A stretch of 64,000 nucleotides of DNA from Thermodesulfovibrio sp. (GCA_013824615.1 PNOC01000003.1:21103-85102), one strand, 5' to 3'; positions 21,136-29,300 are shown, counted from the first letter of the stretch. Numbers and translations are program-made. The notes: a model not told the origin generated them from the letters alone.

Positions 21136-21942
21136 GTGATTGATAAATTCAATCTTACTCTCAATCAGGTTCCGGATGTTCAGTTCTTGAGGGATAATGG
21201 GGAGATCTTAGAAGATGCTCATAGGTCAAAGCTCTATAAGTTTCTTTGCTTGATGGATCGGGCTGCTGTTTCATTTGAACCACATAAGTTCAGCGAGCGA
21301 GCTAATGCCAGGATTCCTTTTTCTCGGATAGATATTAACCCAAAGTATTTTGAATGTTATTTTGAAATGCTTGCTTATATAAACTCTATGTTCGGCGAAT
21401 CTGAGGTGAATGCTGAAGTTTTTCATGTGTCAAGACTCGATATCGCTGCAGACATAGAGGAATTCCCCATAGACTGTATTCTTTCGATGCTCAGGATAGC
21501 AAAAATTCGTTCTGGGAGTTTCAGTGTTTATAAGGGGACTATTTATGCGGGTAGTGATCCTAAAATCAGGGTCTATAATAAGATAGACGAAATCAAGGCG
21601 AGACTTAAAAGAGGTAAAGCTATTACCCCGTATGAGCAGGCATTACTTGTTAGCGGTAAAAGCTATACTCGCTTTGAGATCCAGTTGAGAAATATCAAGA
21701 GGAATCTGGCTGATATTGCAGCTAACCCGCAAATGTATGCTTCCCAGTTCGACAGGCTCGAAATCTTTGATTTTGGCAAGAATGAAGGTGCCGGGGTTCT
21801 TCAGACCCTTTATAAGTACATAAATAGGAAGTTTAGAAAGGAGCTTGAGAAATATAGAGATCAGGATATATCGAGTCTTATTAAGAATACGTATATGGAT
21901 GGCGTTACAGGTTGGTTTGATTCCAGTAAGGAACCGTTTTAA
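21136..21942 (+). CDS. Replication initiation protein-like (Rep_trans / phage-plasmid Rep-like)
   Basis: The pattern VSRLDIAADIE ... IRVYNKIDE ... YTRFEIQLRN resembles the RiD.a.D / YdK..E / R.E.. blocks of replication initiation factors. The assignment is by eye. Confidence 0.45.
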   Translation: MIDKFNLTLNQVPDVQFLRDNGEILEDAHRSKLYKFLCLMDRAAVSFEPHKFSERANARIPFSRIDINPKYFECYFEMLAYINSMFGESEVNAEVFHVSRLDIAADIEEFPIDCILSMLRIAKIRSGSFSVYKGTIYAGSDPKIRVYNKIDEIKARLKRGKAITPYEQALLVSGKSYTRFEIQLRNIKRNLADIAANPQMYASQFDRLEIFDFGKNEGAGVLQTLYKYINRKFRKELEKYRDQDISSLIKNTYMDGVTGWFDSSKEPF

Positions 21943-22031
21943 CAATGCAGCCCCTTGAGGGAGCCTCCCCGCGATTGACAGAACTGCAGTTAATGCAGTA
22001 TCTTTTGTTATCACAAAATGGGGGGCAAAAG

Positions 22032-23228
22032 ATGAAGGGTGTTATCAGGCCTATATCACGGCAATCAGATTGTCCGGTCTGCAAAAATAAATTCCAGTAT
22101 CTTCCGAAGCTCGGTTATGCCTGCCCGTCCTGCAAGACCGTTCCAAATCGCTTCCGGATTGATCTCCATTATTCAGGAAACAGAATCTTTCTATGCTCTG
22201 ATAAACAGGGCCAGGCGTTGGACAGTTATCAAAGGGGGCTGGTTCTTCTTTCGCATATACAGCATGAAATAGATAATCATATATTCGATCCTTCAAGGTA
22301 TGTTGCGGCCGAGCTGAAGAGGTACTATTGTGAAAACCTTATAGAGCAGTGGGTCAGTGATAAAGAAAAAGAAGCTGAAAAGGGACAACTCTCATACTCA
22401 TACATTAAACCTCTTAAGGGGCATATAAAGAATTATATAAAGCCATATTTTAATGGGAAAGATATCAGGGATATCCGGACAATCGATATAAAAGACTTTT
22501 CCCAGAAACTTCCCGCCAGGCTTTCTTCGAAGACACAGAAGAATATATTGAATGCCCTTGAGAATTTGTTTAATACGCTCATTATTGATGAGGTCATCGA
22601 GAAGAAGCCAACATTTCCGAAAATATCTGTCCCTGAGCCTGCCATTAAATGGTGCTCCCGTGAGCTGCAGGATAAGTTATTGAATGCCATACCGGCAAAA
22701 CACAGGTTCATATTCTTCTTGCTGACCAGACAGGGGCTAAGACCGGCTGAAGCAGTAGCAATCAAATGGCTGGACATTGATCTCGGCAATGGTATTTTGA
22801 CCGTTCAAAGAACCATGTCTGACCGGAAGATCGTTGAAAGAACCAAGACAAAGAAGGTTCGTCCGCGCCTGATTCATCCTGAGGTTCTGGATATTCTGAG
22901 GTCTATGCCCAGGGGGCTTCCGAGTATATACCTTTTTATTAACCCCAATTCAGGGAAGCCATACCTAACAGATTCACTCCAGAGGCTCTGGAAAGCGGCA
23001 TGCAAGGCTGTGGGTGCAGATATAGAGCTTTATCAAGCCACAAGGCATTCTGTGGCGTCTATGGCCGCCTCTAGCGGGGTATCGATAGCTATTATAAAGG
23101 AAGTGCTGGGGCATACTGATATTAGGACAACACAGAAGTATTCGCATATCGATGTGCTTGCACAGTCAAAAGTCTTTGCTGCTCAGGCTAAAGAAACCTG
23201 TATTAAGGAGCAGAAAGCGTGCGGTTAG
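22032..23228 (+). CDS. int: Tyrosine-type site-specific integrase with an N-terminal zinc ribbon
   Basis: CPVC...CPSC zinc ribbon. Catalytic region LTRQGLRPAEA ... ATRHSVAS ... LGHTDIRTTQKYSH (R, H-x-x-R-type box, H, Y). The ATG at 22032 is preceded by GGGGGG. Confidence 0.88.
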   Translation: MKGVIRPISRQSDCPVCKNKFQYLPKLGYACPSCKTVPNRFRIDLHYSGNRIFLCSDKQGQALDSYQRGLVLLSHIQHEIDNHIFDPSRYVAAELKRYYCENLIEQWVSDKEKEAEKGQLSYSYIKPLKGHIKNYIKPYFNGKDIRDIRTIDIKDFSQKLPARLSSKTQKNILNALENLFNTLIIDEVIEKKPTFPKISVPEPAIKWCSRELQDKLLNAIPAKHRFIFFLLTRQGLRPAEAVAIKWLDIDLGNGILTVQRTMSDRKIVERTKTKKVRPRLIHPEVLDILRSMPRGLPSIYLFINPNSGKPYLTDSLQRLWKAACKAVGADIELYQATRHSVASMAASSGVSIAIIKEVLGHTDIRTTQKYSHIDVLAQSKVFAAQAKETCIKEQKACG

Positions 23229-24625
23229 TTCTTAGTAAGTTATATAAATTCGGCCCTGTTCTGGTCCTCTTTGCTCTTTTGTTGGTGCGCATTAACTCCG
23301 TAGAAGGTGCTAGCACCAGTAGTGATGTATATAGTAAGCTACTTGAAAAAGCTGAAGCGGGAGATGCTCGTTCTCAATTAGAGCTGGGTTTGCTTTATTA
23401 TAACGGAATAGGTTTCAAGCCAGATGCTAAGTTGGCTTTTGATTGGATAAGAAAAGCGGCAGACCAAGGGCAGGTTTCAGCACAGTTTCATGTGGGCGAG
23501 ATGCTTGGGCTGGGCGACGGGGTTCCTAGAGACATTACTGAGGCTAAAAAGTGGTACGAGAAGGCTGCGCTGCAAGGGGATGCCAACGCCGCTTTCAGTC
23601 TGGCTGTAATTTACAGAGATGAGGCTAATTTCCAGTTGGCTTATAAGTGGTTCCTGCAAGCAGCGGAAAAGAATGATAAAATCGCAGCATATAATATAGG
23701 TTTGATGTATGAAAGTGGTAATGGAGTTAAGACGAATATTGATGAAGCATTTAAGTGGTATGAAAAAGCTAAGACTGGTGATAATTTCGCACGGGATGCT
23801 TATGAAGGTGCAAGGGCCAAGAAGGGAATTTATGATTTTCTGAAGACTCCCTATTTGCATATTCGAAAACTCTCTTTTGAGGCTCTGATTGGTATTGTAC
23901 TCGCAGTCGTAGGTATTTATTTAACAGTTAAATCCAAGAAGGAAAAAGTCCCGTCCTATGCTTACTGGGGTTTTAATATTGTTACAAATTTCAAATTCAG
24001 TATTGGTTTGTTAGAAATGTTGTGTAACGGGCAGCGGATAGAAAATTTAACTGTTTCAAAAATCGTTTTTTGGAATGCAGGGAGCGAAACTATGCACCGA
24101 GAGGATATTGTTAATACGGATAGGTTGAGAGTGTCTCTGCCGGATACTGGTGACATACTCGATGCAAAAATTATTTATGCTAATGAGCCAGCCAATCAGT
24201 TCTCTCTTGTTGTAGAGGAGAACAGAAAAAATGTGTATATTGATTATGATTATATCGATAGAGGCAATGGCGTTGTTATGCAGTTTATACATACAAATCC
24301 GACGCCAGATGCCGTAGTTGTTAGTGGGAAGCTCAAGGGTGTGCGCAAAATTAAAAGGAGAAGTGCAGTATATGCCTCTCTAAGGGGTTATTTGGTAGTA
24401 GCTGTACCTTTGTTGTTTATGTTGGTATTTATGAGTGCATTGGCGACAAAAGTTTTTAGTTTAATTAGTTATAAATTTGCTTTTTTTATAGGGGAAAAAA
24501 CTCTCGTAATCCCCTTTGTGGCTATGTTTTTATTTCTTAGTTGTCTTGCGGTTGCACGAACGGTTGTTTTCCTTCGCAGTAGAATTCCAAGGGACTTGAG
24601 CTTATTTGGGCAAGAAGTTCAATGA
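23219..24625 (+). CDS. Sel1-repeat protein with a signal peptide and C-terminal transmembrane segments
   Basis: Four to five Sel1 repeats (e.g. AFDWIRKAADQGQVSAQFHVGEMLGLG, AKKWYEKAALQGD, AFKWYEKAK). These are followed by one TM helix, a region of about 150 aa, then 2-3 TM helices. GTG start overlaps the int stop. Confidence 0.7.
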   Translation: MRLVLSKLYKFGPVLVLFALLLVRINSVEGASTSSDVYSKLLEKAEAGDARSQLELGLLYYNGIGFKPDAKLAFDWIRKAADQGQVSAQFHVGEMLGLGDGVPRDITEAKKWYEKAALQGDANAAFSLAVIYRDEANFQLAYKWFLQAAEKNDKIAAYNIGLMYESGNGVKTNIDEAFKWYEKAKTGDNFARDAYEGARAKKGIYDFLKTPYLHIRKLSFEALIGIVLAVVGIYLTVKSKKEKVPSYAYWGFNIVTNFKFSIGLLEMLCNGQRIENLTVSKIVFWNAGSETMHREDIVNTDRLRVSLPDTGDILDAKIIYANEPANQFSLVVEENRKNVYIDYDYIDRGNGVVMQFIHTNPTPDAVVVSGKLKGVRKIKRRSAVYASLRGYLVVAVPLLFMLVFMSALATKVFSLISYKFAFFIGEKTLVIPFVAMFLFLSCLAVARTVVFLRSRIPRDLSLFGQEVQ

Positions 24626-24760
24626 GGTTCATTTGAAAGATTGAAAGGGGTGACAGACTACTCTGTTGCTGGCTATCAACTTTGGAGAAGGACGACACAT
24701 AAGTATTCTCAGGTTGATGGACTGTCCCAATCGCAGGTTTTGCGTTTCAAGAGAAAATAA
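24626..24760 (+). pseudogene. Remnant of the 3' end of a second tyrosine integrase gene
   Basis: The translation ...RRTTHKYSQVDGLSQSQVL aligns with the int C-terminus IRTTQKYSHIDVLAQSKVF (11/18 identical, including the catalytic-Tyr context). There is no start codon and no upstream integrase sequence. Confidence 0.5.
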
Positions 24761-24819
24761 AAAAAAGTTTATTTTAAGGACCCAAGGCTAAGATTTCATT
24801 TTTTTTACTCAGGGGAGCA

Positions 24820-26166
24820 ATGCGTTTATTAATTCATCCAGATGCCGCAATCAATTTTAATGCTAAGGCGGAGCTCCTGTTTCTGAGTCTTGTCTGCAAT
24901 ATCAGAAAGTTTAATCATGCTGAAAGAGGCTTTTCTCCTGATATTTTTCCGGCAGCAACGTTTACCGGAGCAGACATCATTGGAGATATCGAGCTTGAGG
25001 AGTCTCAGGGGGCTGAGCACGGTGCAAAATGGTTTGTTCATGAAGGATATTTTGTTGGTATTTGTGGCGAGAGTTATTCCCGGTGGAAGCAATTATCCTC
25101 AGATATGCAAAGAATACAGCCCCTTTTTAAGTTCGTTAGTGCCAAGTCTGTCTCAAAAATGATCTTTGAATGGCTCAGGGATAAGTTTAAACAGTTAACA
25201 TCAAATGTAATGACTGAGTACGTGGTCACCAAATTGGAGGGAGAGATAAGAGAACATGAGCTCTGGTTTCCCGTAGCGTTTTTACATATTCAGTCGGAGA
25301 TTAGACTGGGTGGTGTAATCTTCAGGTCAATTAAAGGTGAGCAGATAAATAAGTGGCAACAACAATGGGAGAATCAAACTACTAATCCTGAGGGGAAGCA
25401 ACATATCGCGGAACTTTTTTTAAGGAAACGTAAGCAGATGCAAGGTCTTGCAGTGGCTATCTATCAAGTAACTGCGGAACAGGAAAGGGCATTCGAAATT
25501 GCCTTTGAGGAGTCGAATAAGGCAATTAGCCTGCTCAGACTTTTTACGCCTGCTAACATGTTCCCTGAAGATGTTTCATATTGTTTGCCGCTGGGTAGTG
25601 AACATGTTAGCTCTTATGATTATTTGGTTTTTCAAGAAGACAAATTGATTACAATGCCGAGTGGATTGTGGGATAAGCCGCGGCCGTGGCTTTTGAATGA
25701 CGAGTATATTTCTGTTATCAGACCAACAGTGGATATATTGAGCGAATTGCTCGAGAACGGTGACAGGACTGAATTTCAAAACAAGGTGTTGGACGCCGTG
25801 CTGATGTATTCAAAAAATGCTATTGCAAAAGAGCCTTCTGACAAAGTGGTGTATATTCTTGTCGCACTAGAATCAATTTTATTGAAAAATGAGAATGAGC
25901 CTATAATGCAAAACATTGGGGAACGAATGGCTATCTTTGTGGGTAAATCCGTTGAAGAAAGGAGGGCTATAATTGCTAACGTGAAGAGCCTTTATGGGTT
26001 AAGATCGGCTTTTCTGCACCATGGCCATAGTATTAGGGATTTGGAAGTTCTCAGGCACTTTATGCACAGCTCATGTCTTTTTTTCCAGAATCTTGTTTTG
26101 CACGTCAATAGCTTTTCCTCAAAGCAAGACTTCATTAATAAAATTGAAGATGTTAAGTTGTCTTAG
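24820..26166 (+). CDS. Hypothetical 448-aa protein with a C-terminal HEPN-like (Rx4H) helical domain
   Basis: Good RBS (AGGGGAG). The C-terminal motif is LYGLRSAFLHHGH (R-x4-H) within predicted helices. The architecture recalls ApeA-type N-domain plus HEPN proteins (from memory, not searched). Confidence 0.5.
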   Translation: MRLLIHPDAAINFNAKAELLFLSLVCNIRKFNHAERGFSPDIFPAATFTGADIIGDIELEESQGAEHGAKWFVHEGYFVGICGESYSRWKQLSSDMQRIQPLFKFVSAKSVSKMIFEWLRDKFKQLTSNVMTEYVVTKLEGEIREHELWFPVAFLHIQSEIRLGGVIFRSIKGEQINKWQQQWENQTTNPEGKQHIAELFLRKRKQMQGLAVAIYQVTAEQERAFEIAFEESNKAISLLRLFTPANMFPEDVSYCLPLGSEHVSSYDYLVFQEDKLITMPSGLWDKPRPWLLNDEYISVIRPTVDILSELLENGDRTEFQNKVLDAVLMYSKNAIAKEPSDKVVYILVALESILLKNENEPIMQNIGERMAIFVGKSVEERRAIIANVKSLYGLRSAFLHHGHSIRDLEVLRHFMHSSCLFFQNLVLHVNSFSSKQDFINKIEDVKLS

Positions 26167-26231
26167 TTACAAGCTTCTTGTTTTGCTTGCTTTCCTTCTA
26201 ACCAATTCTGAATTGATTATCGGATTCCAAA

Positions 26232-26253
26232 ACCGTGAACAAACCGTGAACAG
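26232..26253 (+). repeat. Arm-type direct repeat, right copy
   Basis: ACCGTGAACAAACCGTGAACAG, 58 nt inside attR. Confidence 0.6.
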
Positions 26254-26311
26254 GGCACTTTTTGCCTTAAAATAATATAGCAATATCAACTACTTAGAGT
26301 GGTGTTAGTAT

Positions 26312-26337
26312 GGTTCGATTCCCACACGCTCCCGCCA
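26312..26337 (+). repeat. attR core (duplicated tRNA-Sec 3' end with no upstream tRNA body)
   Basis: GGTTCGATTCCCACACGCTCCCGCCA, identical to 18308-18333. The sequence upstream of it is not tRNA-like. Confidence 0.85.
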
Positions 26338-26379
26338 GAACTTCCTTTGGGTTTGGTGTTTCAACGGGGAGGTTTCAGC

Positions 26380-26586
26380 ATGAAAGAATTTACCGTGATT
26401 ATCGAGCAGGATGAAGAGGGATACTTCATCGCCGAAGTTCCAGAACTCAGGGGATGTCACACGCAGGCAAAGTCTCTTGATACACTCATGAAAAGGGTTA
26501 AGGAAGCCATTCAGCTTTGCCTGGAAGTTCAGGGGGAGAAAAGGCCCAAGACTCACCTCGTCGGCGTTCAGAAAATTGCAGTATGA
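26380..26586 (+). CDS. hicB: HicB family antitoxin-like protein (68 aa)
   Basis: MKEFTVIIEQDEEGYFIAEVPELRGCHTQAKSLDTLMKRVKEAIQLCLE is the typical HicB/UPF0150 pattern. The longer track ORF starts inside attR and is not supported. Confidence 0.7.
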   Translation: MKEFTVIIEQDEEGYFIAEVPELRGCHTQAKSLDTLMKRVKEAIQLCLEVQGEKRPKTHLVGVQKIAV

Positions 26587-26843
26587 GCATCTTTCCTGAC
26601 TTCATCGATCCCCGCTATCCTGCCCTTTTCTATATCCATGAGCCCTTCTGTCACCGCGCGCATGAAAGAACGCTCTTCTTCAGTTTTTTCGTAATCGCTG
26701 AGAGACTGGACCACTGCAACGCCCTTGCCATGACTTGTAAGCAGAACCGGCCTGTGAGTCTCCGCTGTCTGCCGGACGACCTTGCCAGGATTAATTTTAA
26801 GGCAACTCAGCGGAATAATATCTTCGGAGAATTTAGTGCTCAT
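26568..26843 (-). CDS. Phd/YefM family antitoxin
   Basis: The N-terminal region (...LKINPGKVVRQTAETHRPVLLTSHGKGVAVVQSLSDYE) is typical of Phd/YefM. No toxin ORF lies downstream. Confidence 0.7.
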   Translation of the reverse strand: MSTKFSEDIIPLSCLKINPGKVVRQTAETHRPVLLTSHGKGVAVVQSLSDYEKTEEERSFMRAVTEGLMDIEKGRIAGIDEVRKDAHTAIF

Positions 26844-27023
26844 ATAAGGTACCTCCTAAAGGACTTGTTTTATGGTCTTAATATAGCACCTGATAATATT
26901 TCGTTGCAATCGCAGGGAGACAAAAAATCTGACTCAAGGGGATATAGCAAAAGTGCTCGGTATTTCCTATCAGGCAGAGGATCCTGAAGGTAATAGTTTA
27001 AACCCCCGCTTCGCTATTTATTA

Positions 27024-27332
27024 TCAGCTGACCCTGATCCAAAGTATATTATCGTCCAAATGCCATTGATCCCGGCTCACGTTGTTCCGTTCCAGAAAGG
27101 TTTGCAGCAGATCTCTTTCTACTCCGGGTTCTATCGTGAGAGGGTGAATATCGTATTGATCATATAAAGCCGTAAGCCCTTCTAAATCGCCGACCTTGCC
27201 AAGCCTTTCTACCAGTTCTTCGACCGTCATCCCCTTATCCCTTTCTTGAATGTTTTTTCTTGCATCATGGGCGGCATTTATTAGTGCCATGGTTGTGAAC
27301 GAGTGATGCAAAAAATGTACAGTTACCTGCAA
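27024..27332 (-). CDS. Hypothetical protein
   Basis: ORF only; the start may be the internal Met (MALINAAHD). Confidence 0.35.
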   Translation of the reverse strand: MQVTVHFLHHSFTTMALINAAHDARKNIQERDKGMTVEELVERLGKVGDLEGLTALYDQYDIHPLTIEPGVERDLLQTFLERNNVSRDQWHLDDNILWIRVS

Positions 27333-27520
27333 CTATCAAGGTGAATGCCTCTTAATCCCTGCTTGACTATACGGGAAATGCTTTTTTGTTGTCAACCTTT
27401 GACTGAATTTAAACACGTAAGACATCTTTTCCGGGAAAATAGGAATTATTGCCAATTACATCATTCCGGGCCGTCCGGTATGATGAAGCATAGAGAGCAA
27501 TATTAAAAGGAGGAAAGGAC

Positions 27521-27973
27521 ATGGCACGAATCAGGTATGCAGGTGGAGAGACGGTCCCCAAGGGAAGCTACTGGAATTTTTCAACTGGGGAGAGAGTAAG
27601 AATCAGTTCAGAGGGAATAATCCCCGGGAAGTCATCGCAATCGTACTATAAGGCTCCCCCTATGGTGATTATTTCTGTCGGGGTGGTCGCGGCATATATG
27701 CTGCTTTATGAGTTCCCCAAGTATCTTGTCCAGTTTTATGAGCCGTATGCGGAGACGCTGGTTAGGGCCTATGTTATTCTCGATTATGCCGTCATTGGGA
27801 GCATATTTGCGTGCATGGTTGTGATCGGACTTCAGGATATCCTTGGCGGAGCGCTGCGGACGGCAACATTCAACTGGAGACCTGCGAGGGCATATTTTGC
27901 CGGCAGGAGGCAGAAGGATATTGAAAAAAAGACACCTGAAAACGGCAGTGGATCAGAGGCAAAGAAGGAGTAA
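27521..27973 (+). CDS. Hypothetical membrane protein (2 TM)
   Basis: RBS AGGAGGAAAGG upstream. Two hydrophobic helices. Confidence 0.5.
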   Translation: MARIRYAGGETVPKGSYWNFSTGERVRISSEGIIPGKSSQSYYKAPPMVIISVGVVAAYMLLYEFPKYLVQFYEPYAETLVRAYVILDYAVIGSIFACMVVIGLQDILGGALRTATFNWRPARAYFAGRRQKDIEKKTPENGSGSEAKKE

Positions 27974-28173
27974 TAGGCAATCGCACGGGGTCAATTCACG
28001 AGGCTGACGATACTTGTTAATCGGTGCGCTGAGTTGACCCGCTTTCCCTCCTAATCGGCACAGAAGTGTGCCCCATACCTTTCAGGCTCAGAGAATGCGC
28101 TCGTTCCCGTTCGTTTTTTTTGTGCAAAAAGCGGATTTATAACATAATTATGATTGGGAGGAGTAAAATATAA

Positions 28174-28533
28174 ATGATGAATAAAAATTATGGAAAACCG
28201 GCAAAGGTTCAGAAACAGGAAGCAGCCAGTGATTCTGTCAGCCATGCAGTCGACAGTTTGTCACCCAGGGAATATACGCTGCAAAGAAGAATTGATGGCT
28301 ACCTCAAGGCCAAGAAAGAAAAAACGCTCCAGGGTTTCGACATGGCTTCCTTTAAGAAGGATCTGCAGCGCATGATCAACTCCTACGGAAAGGCGGTAAA
28401 TAATAAAAGAAGAAATCCGTTATCAAGAAAAATAGGATACTATTATGCAATACTGATGGATATTGAGGGGAAAGCACCGCGGCCGGCCGGAAAAGCTCGG
28501 AAGGTTACCAATCCGGGCAGTGATCGCAAGTAA
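28174..28533 (+). CDS. Hypothetical basic protein
   Basis: RBS GGGAGGAG upstream. Lys/Arg-rich, with no motif recognised. Confidence 0.4.
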   Translation: MMNKNYGKPAKVQKQEAASDSVSHAVDSLSPREYTLQRRIDGYLKAKKEKTLQGFDMASFKKDLQRMINSYGKAVNNKRRNPLSRKIGYYYAILMDIEGKAPRPAGKARKVTNPGSDRK

Positions 28534-28611
28534 CTACGCCTTACTGTCCTGTCCGTTTAATTTTTTTGTGTGATTTCCCCTTATAAGTTTTTTTTGGTAT
28601 ACTTCAGATAT

Positions 28612-29016
28612 ATGAAAACTCAATATCACTATTCCGCAATACTGCTGTTAATGTTTCTGGTCGGGTTGTTTATGACTTCCTGCGTACAGGAAATTCAGCC
28701 TGAGGCTCGGCCGATTATGGCAGAACCCGCCATAATCAATATCACGCTTAAAACAGACAGTGACAGCATAACAGCGGGCAGAACCCTGTTTATGCAGAAA
28801 TGTTCTAATTGCCACTATATAGACAGGCCTGATTTTTTTGTTGGTCCCAGCCTCAGGGGCATCCTGAAAAACCCCCTTCTTCCGGTGAGCAGAAAGCCGG
28901 CAACTCCGGAGAATATTGTCCGGCAGATGCGTCACCCGTTTACGAGCATGCCGTCCTTCGTGTTTTTTTCTGACGAAGACCTGACGAATGTACTTGCATT
29001 CCTGAATTCCCTGTAG
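28612..29016 (+). CDS. c-type cytochrome (mono-haem), probable lipoprotein
   Basis: CSNCH haem-binding motif and a distal Met candidate (MPSF). The N-terminal hydrophobic signal ends in ...FMTSC. Confidence 0.65.
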   Translation: MKTQYHYSAILLLMFLVGLFMTSCVQEIQPEARPIMAEPAIINITLKTDSDSITAGRTLFMQKCSNCHYIDRPDFFVGPSLRGILKNPLLPVSRKPATPENIVRQMRHPFTSMPSFVFFSDEDLTNVLAFLNSL

Positions 29017-29123
29017 CCCGGTCGGTGCCTGCGTGCTGTTTATCCTGAAGAGAAATAGGTGGCCTGAGAACAGGGCCCCATTTCCGGGAGTGCAATAATA
29101 CTTATGCGGAAACCTGAAAATAA

Positions 29124-29300
29124 ATGAAATGCTGCGAGGTGAAGTCCCCCTGCGTCAAGAAGTGTTCCCTCGATAAGGACAAGGTTTGTCCTGCCTGCAA
29201 CCGCACTCTTGATGAGATTGTTGCCTGGCCCGAGGCAGATGATCATCTGCGCAACAGAATACTTGAGGCCGCAAGGCTCAGGAGAGCCGGGCGCACGTGA
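29124..29300 (+). CDS. DUF1289 domain-containing small Cys-rich protein (58 aa); not in the supplied ORF track
   Basis: MKCCEVKSPCVKKCSLDKDKVCPACNRTLDEIVAW follows the DUF1289 pattern (C..C.LD....C.GC.RT..EI..W). Confidence 0.6.
   Translation: MKCCEVKSPCVKKCSLDKDKVCPACNRTLDEIVAWPEADDHLRNRILEAARLRRAGRT

Larger units (their letters stand above)
18308..26337. mobile_element. Integrative element (about 8 kb) inserted in the 3' end of tRNA-Sec; carries a tyrosine integrase, a Rep-like gene and unknown cargo
   Basis: Exact 26-bp direct repeats at both ends (the tRNA 3' end), internal 22-bp arm repeats, an integrase and a Rep-like gene. The G+C content is visibly lower than in the flanks. Confidence 0.8.

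Noticed and set aside
24623-24625. Possible selenocysteine read-through of the TGA separating the Sel1-repeat ORF from the in-frame integrase remnant (the element sits in selC)
   Set aside because: No SECIS-like hairpin follows the TGA. A fusion of a membrane protein to 44 residues of an integrase C-terminus makes no functional sense. Sharing a frame has a one-in-three chance expectation.
26305-26556. 83-aa minus-strand ORF in the toxin position downstream of the Phd/YefM-like gene
   Set aside because: It is antisense to the well-supported hicB-like gene and its C-terminus runs through the tRNA-Sec remnant (attR). It shows no RelE, ParE or Doc-like motifs.
26887-27069. HTH-like fragment (…TKNLTQGDIAKVLGISYQAEDPEG…) resembling an XRE-family regulator
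   Set aside because: There is no start codon after the upstream in-frame TAG, only one helix-turn-helix-like stretch, and the 3' part overlaps the 27024-27332 ORF. At best it is a decayed fragment, too weak to call a pseudogene.
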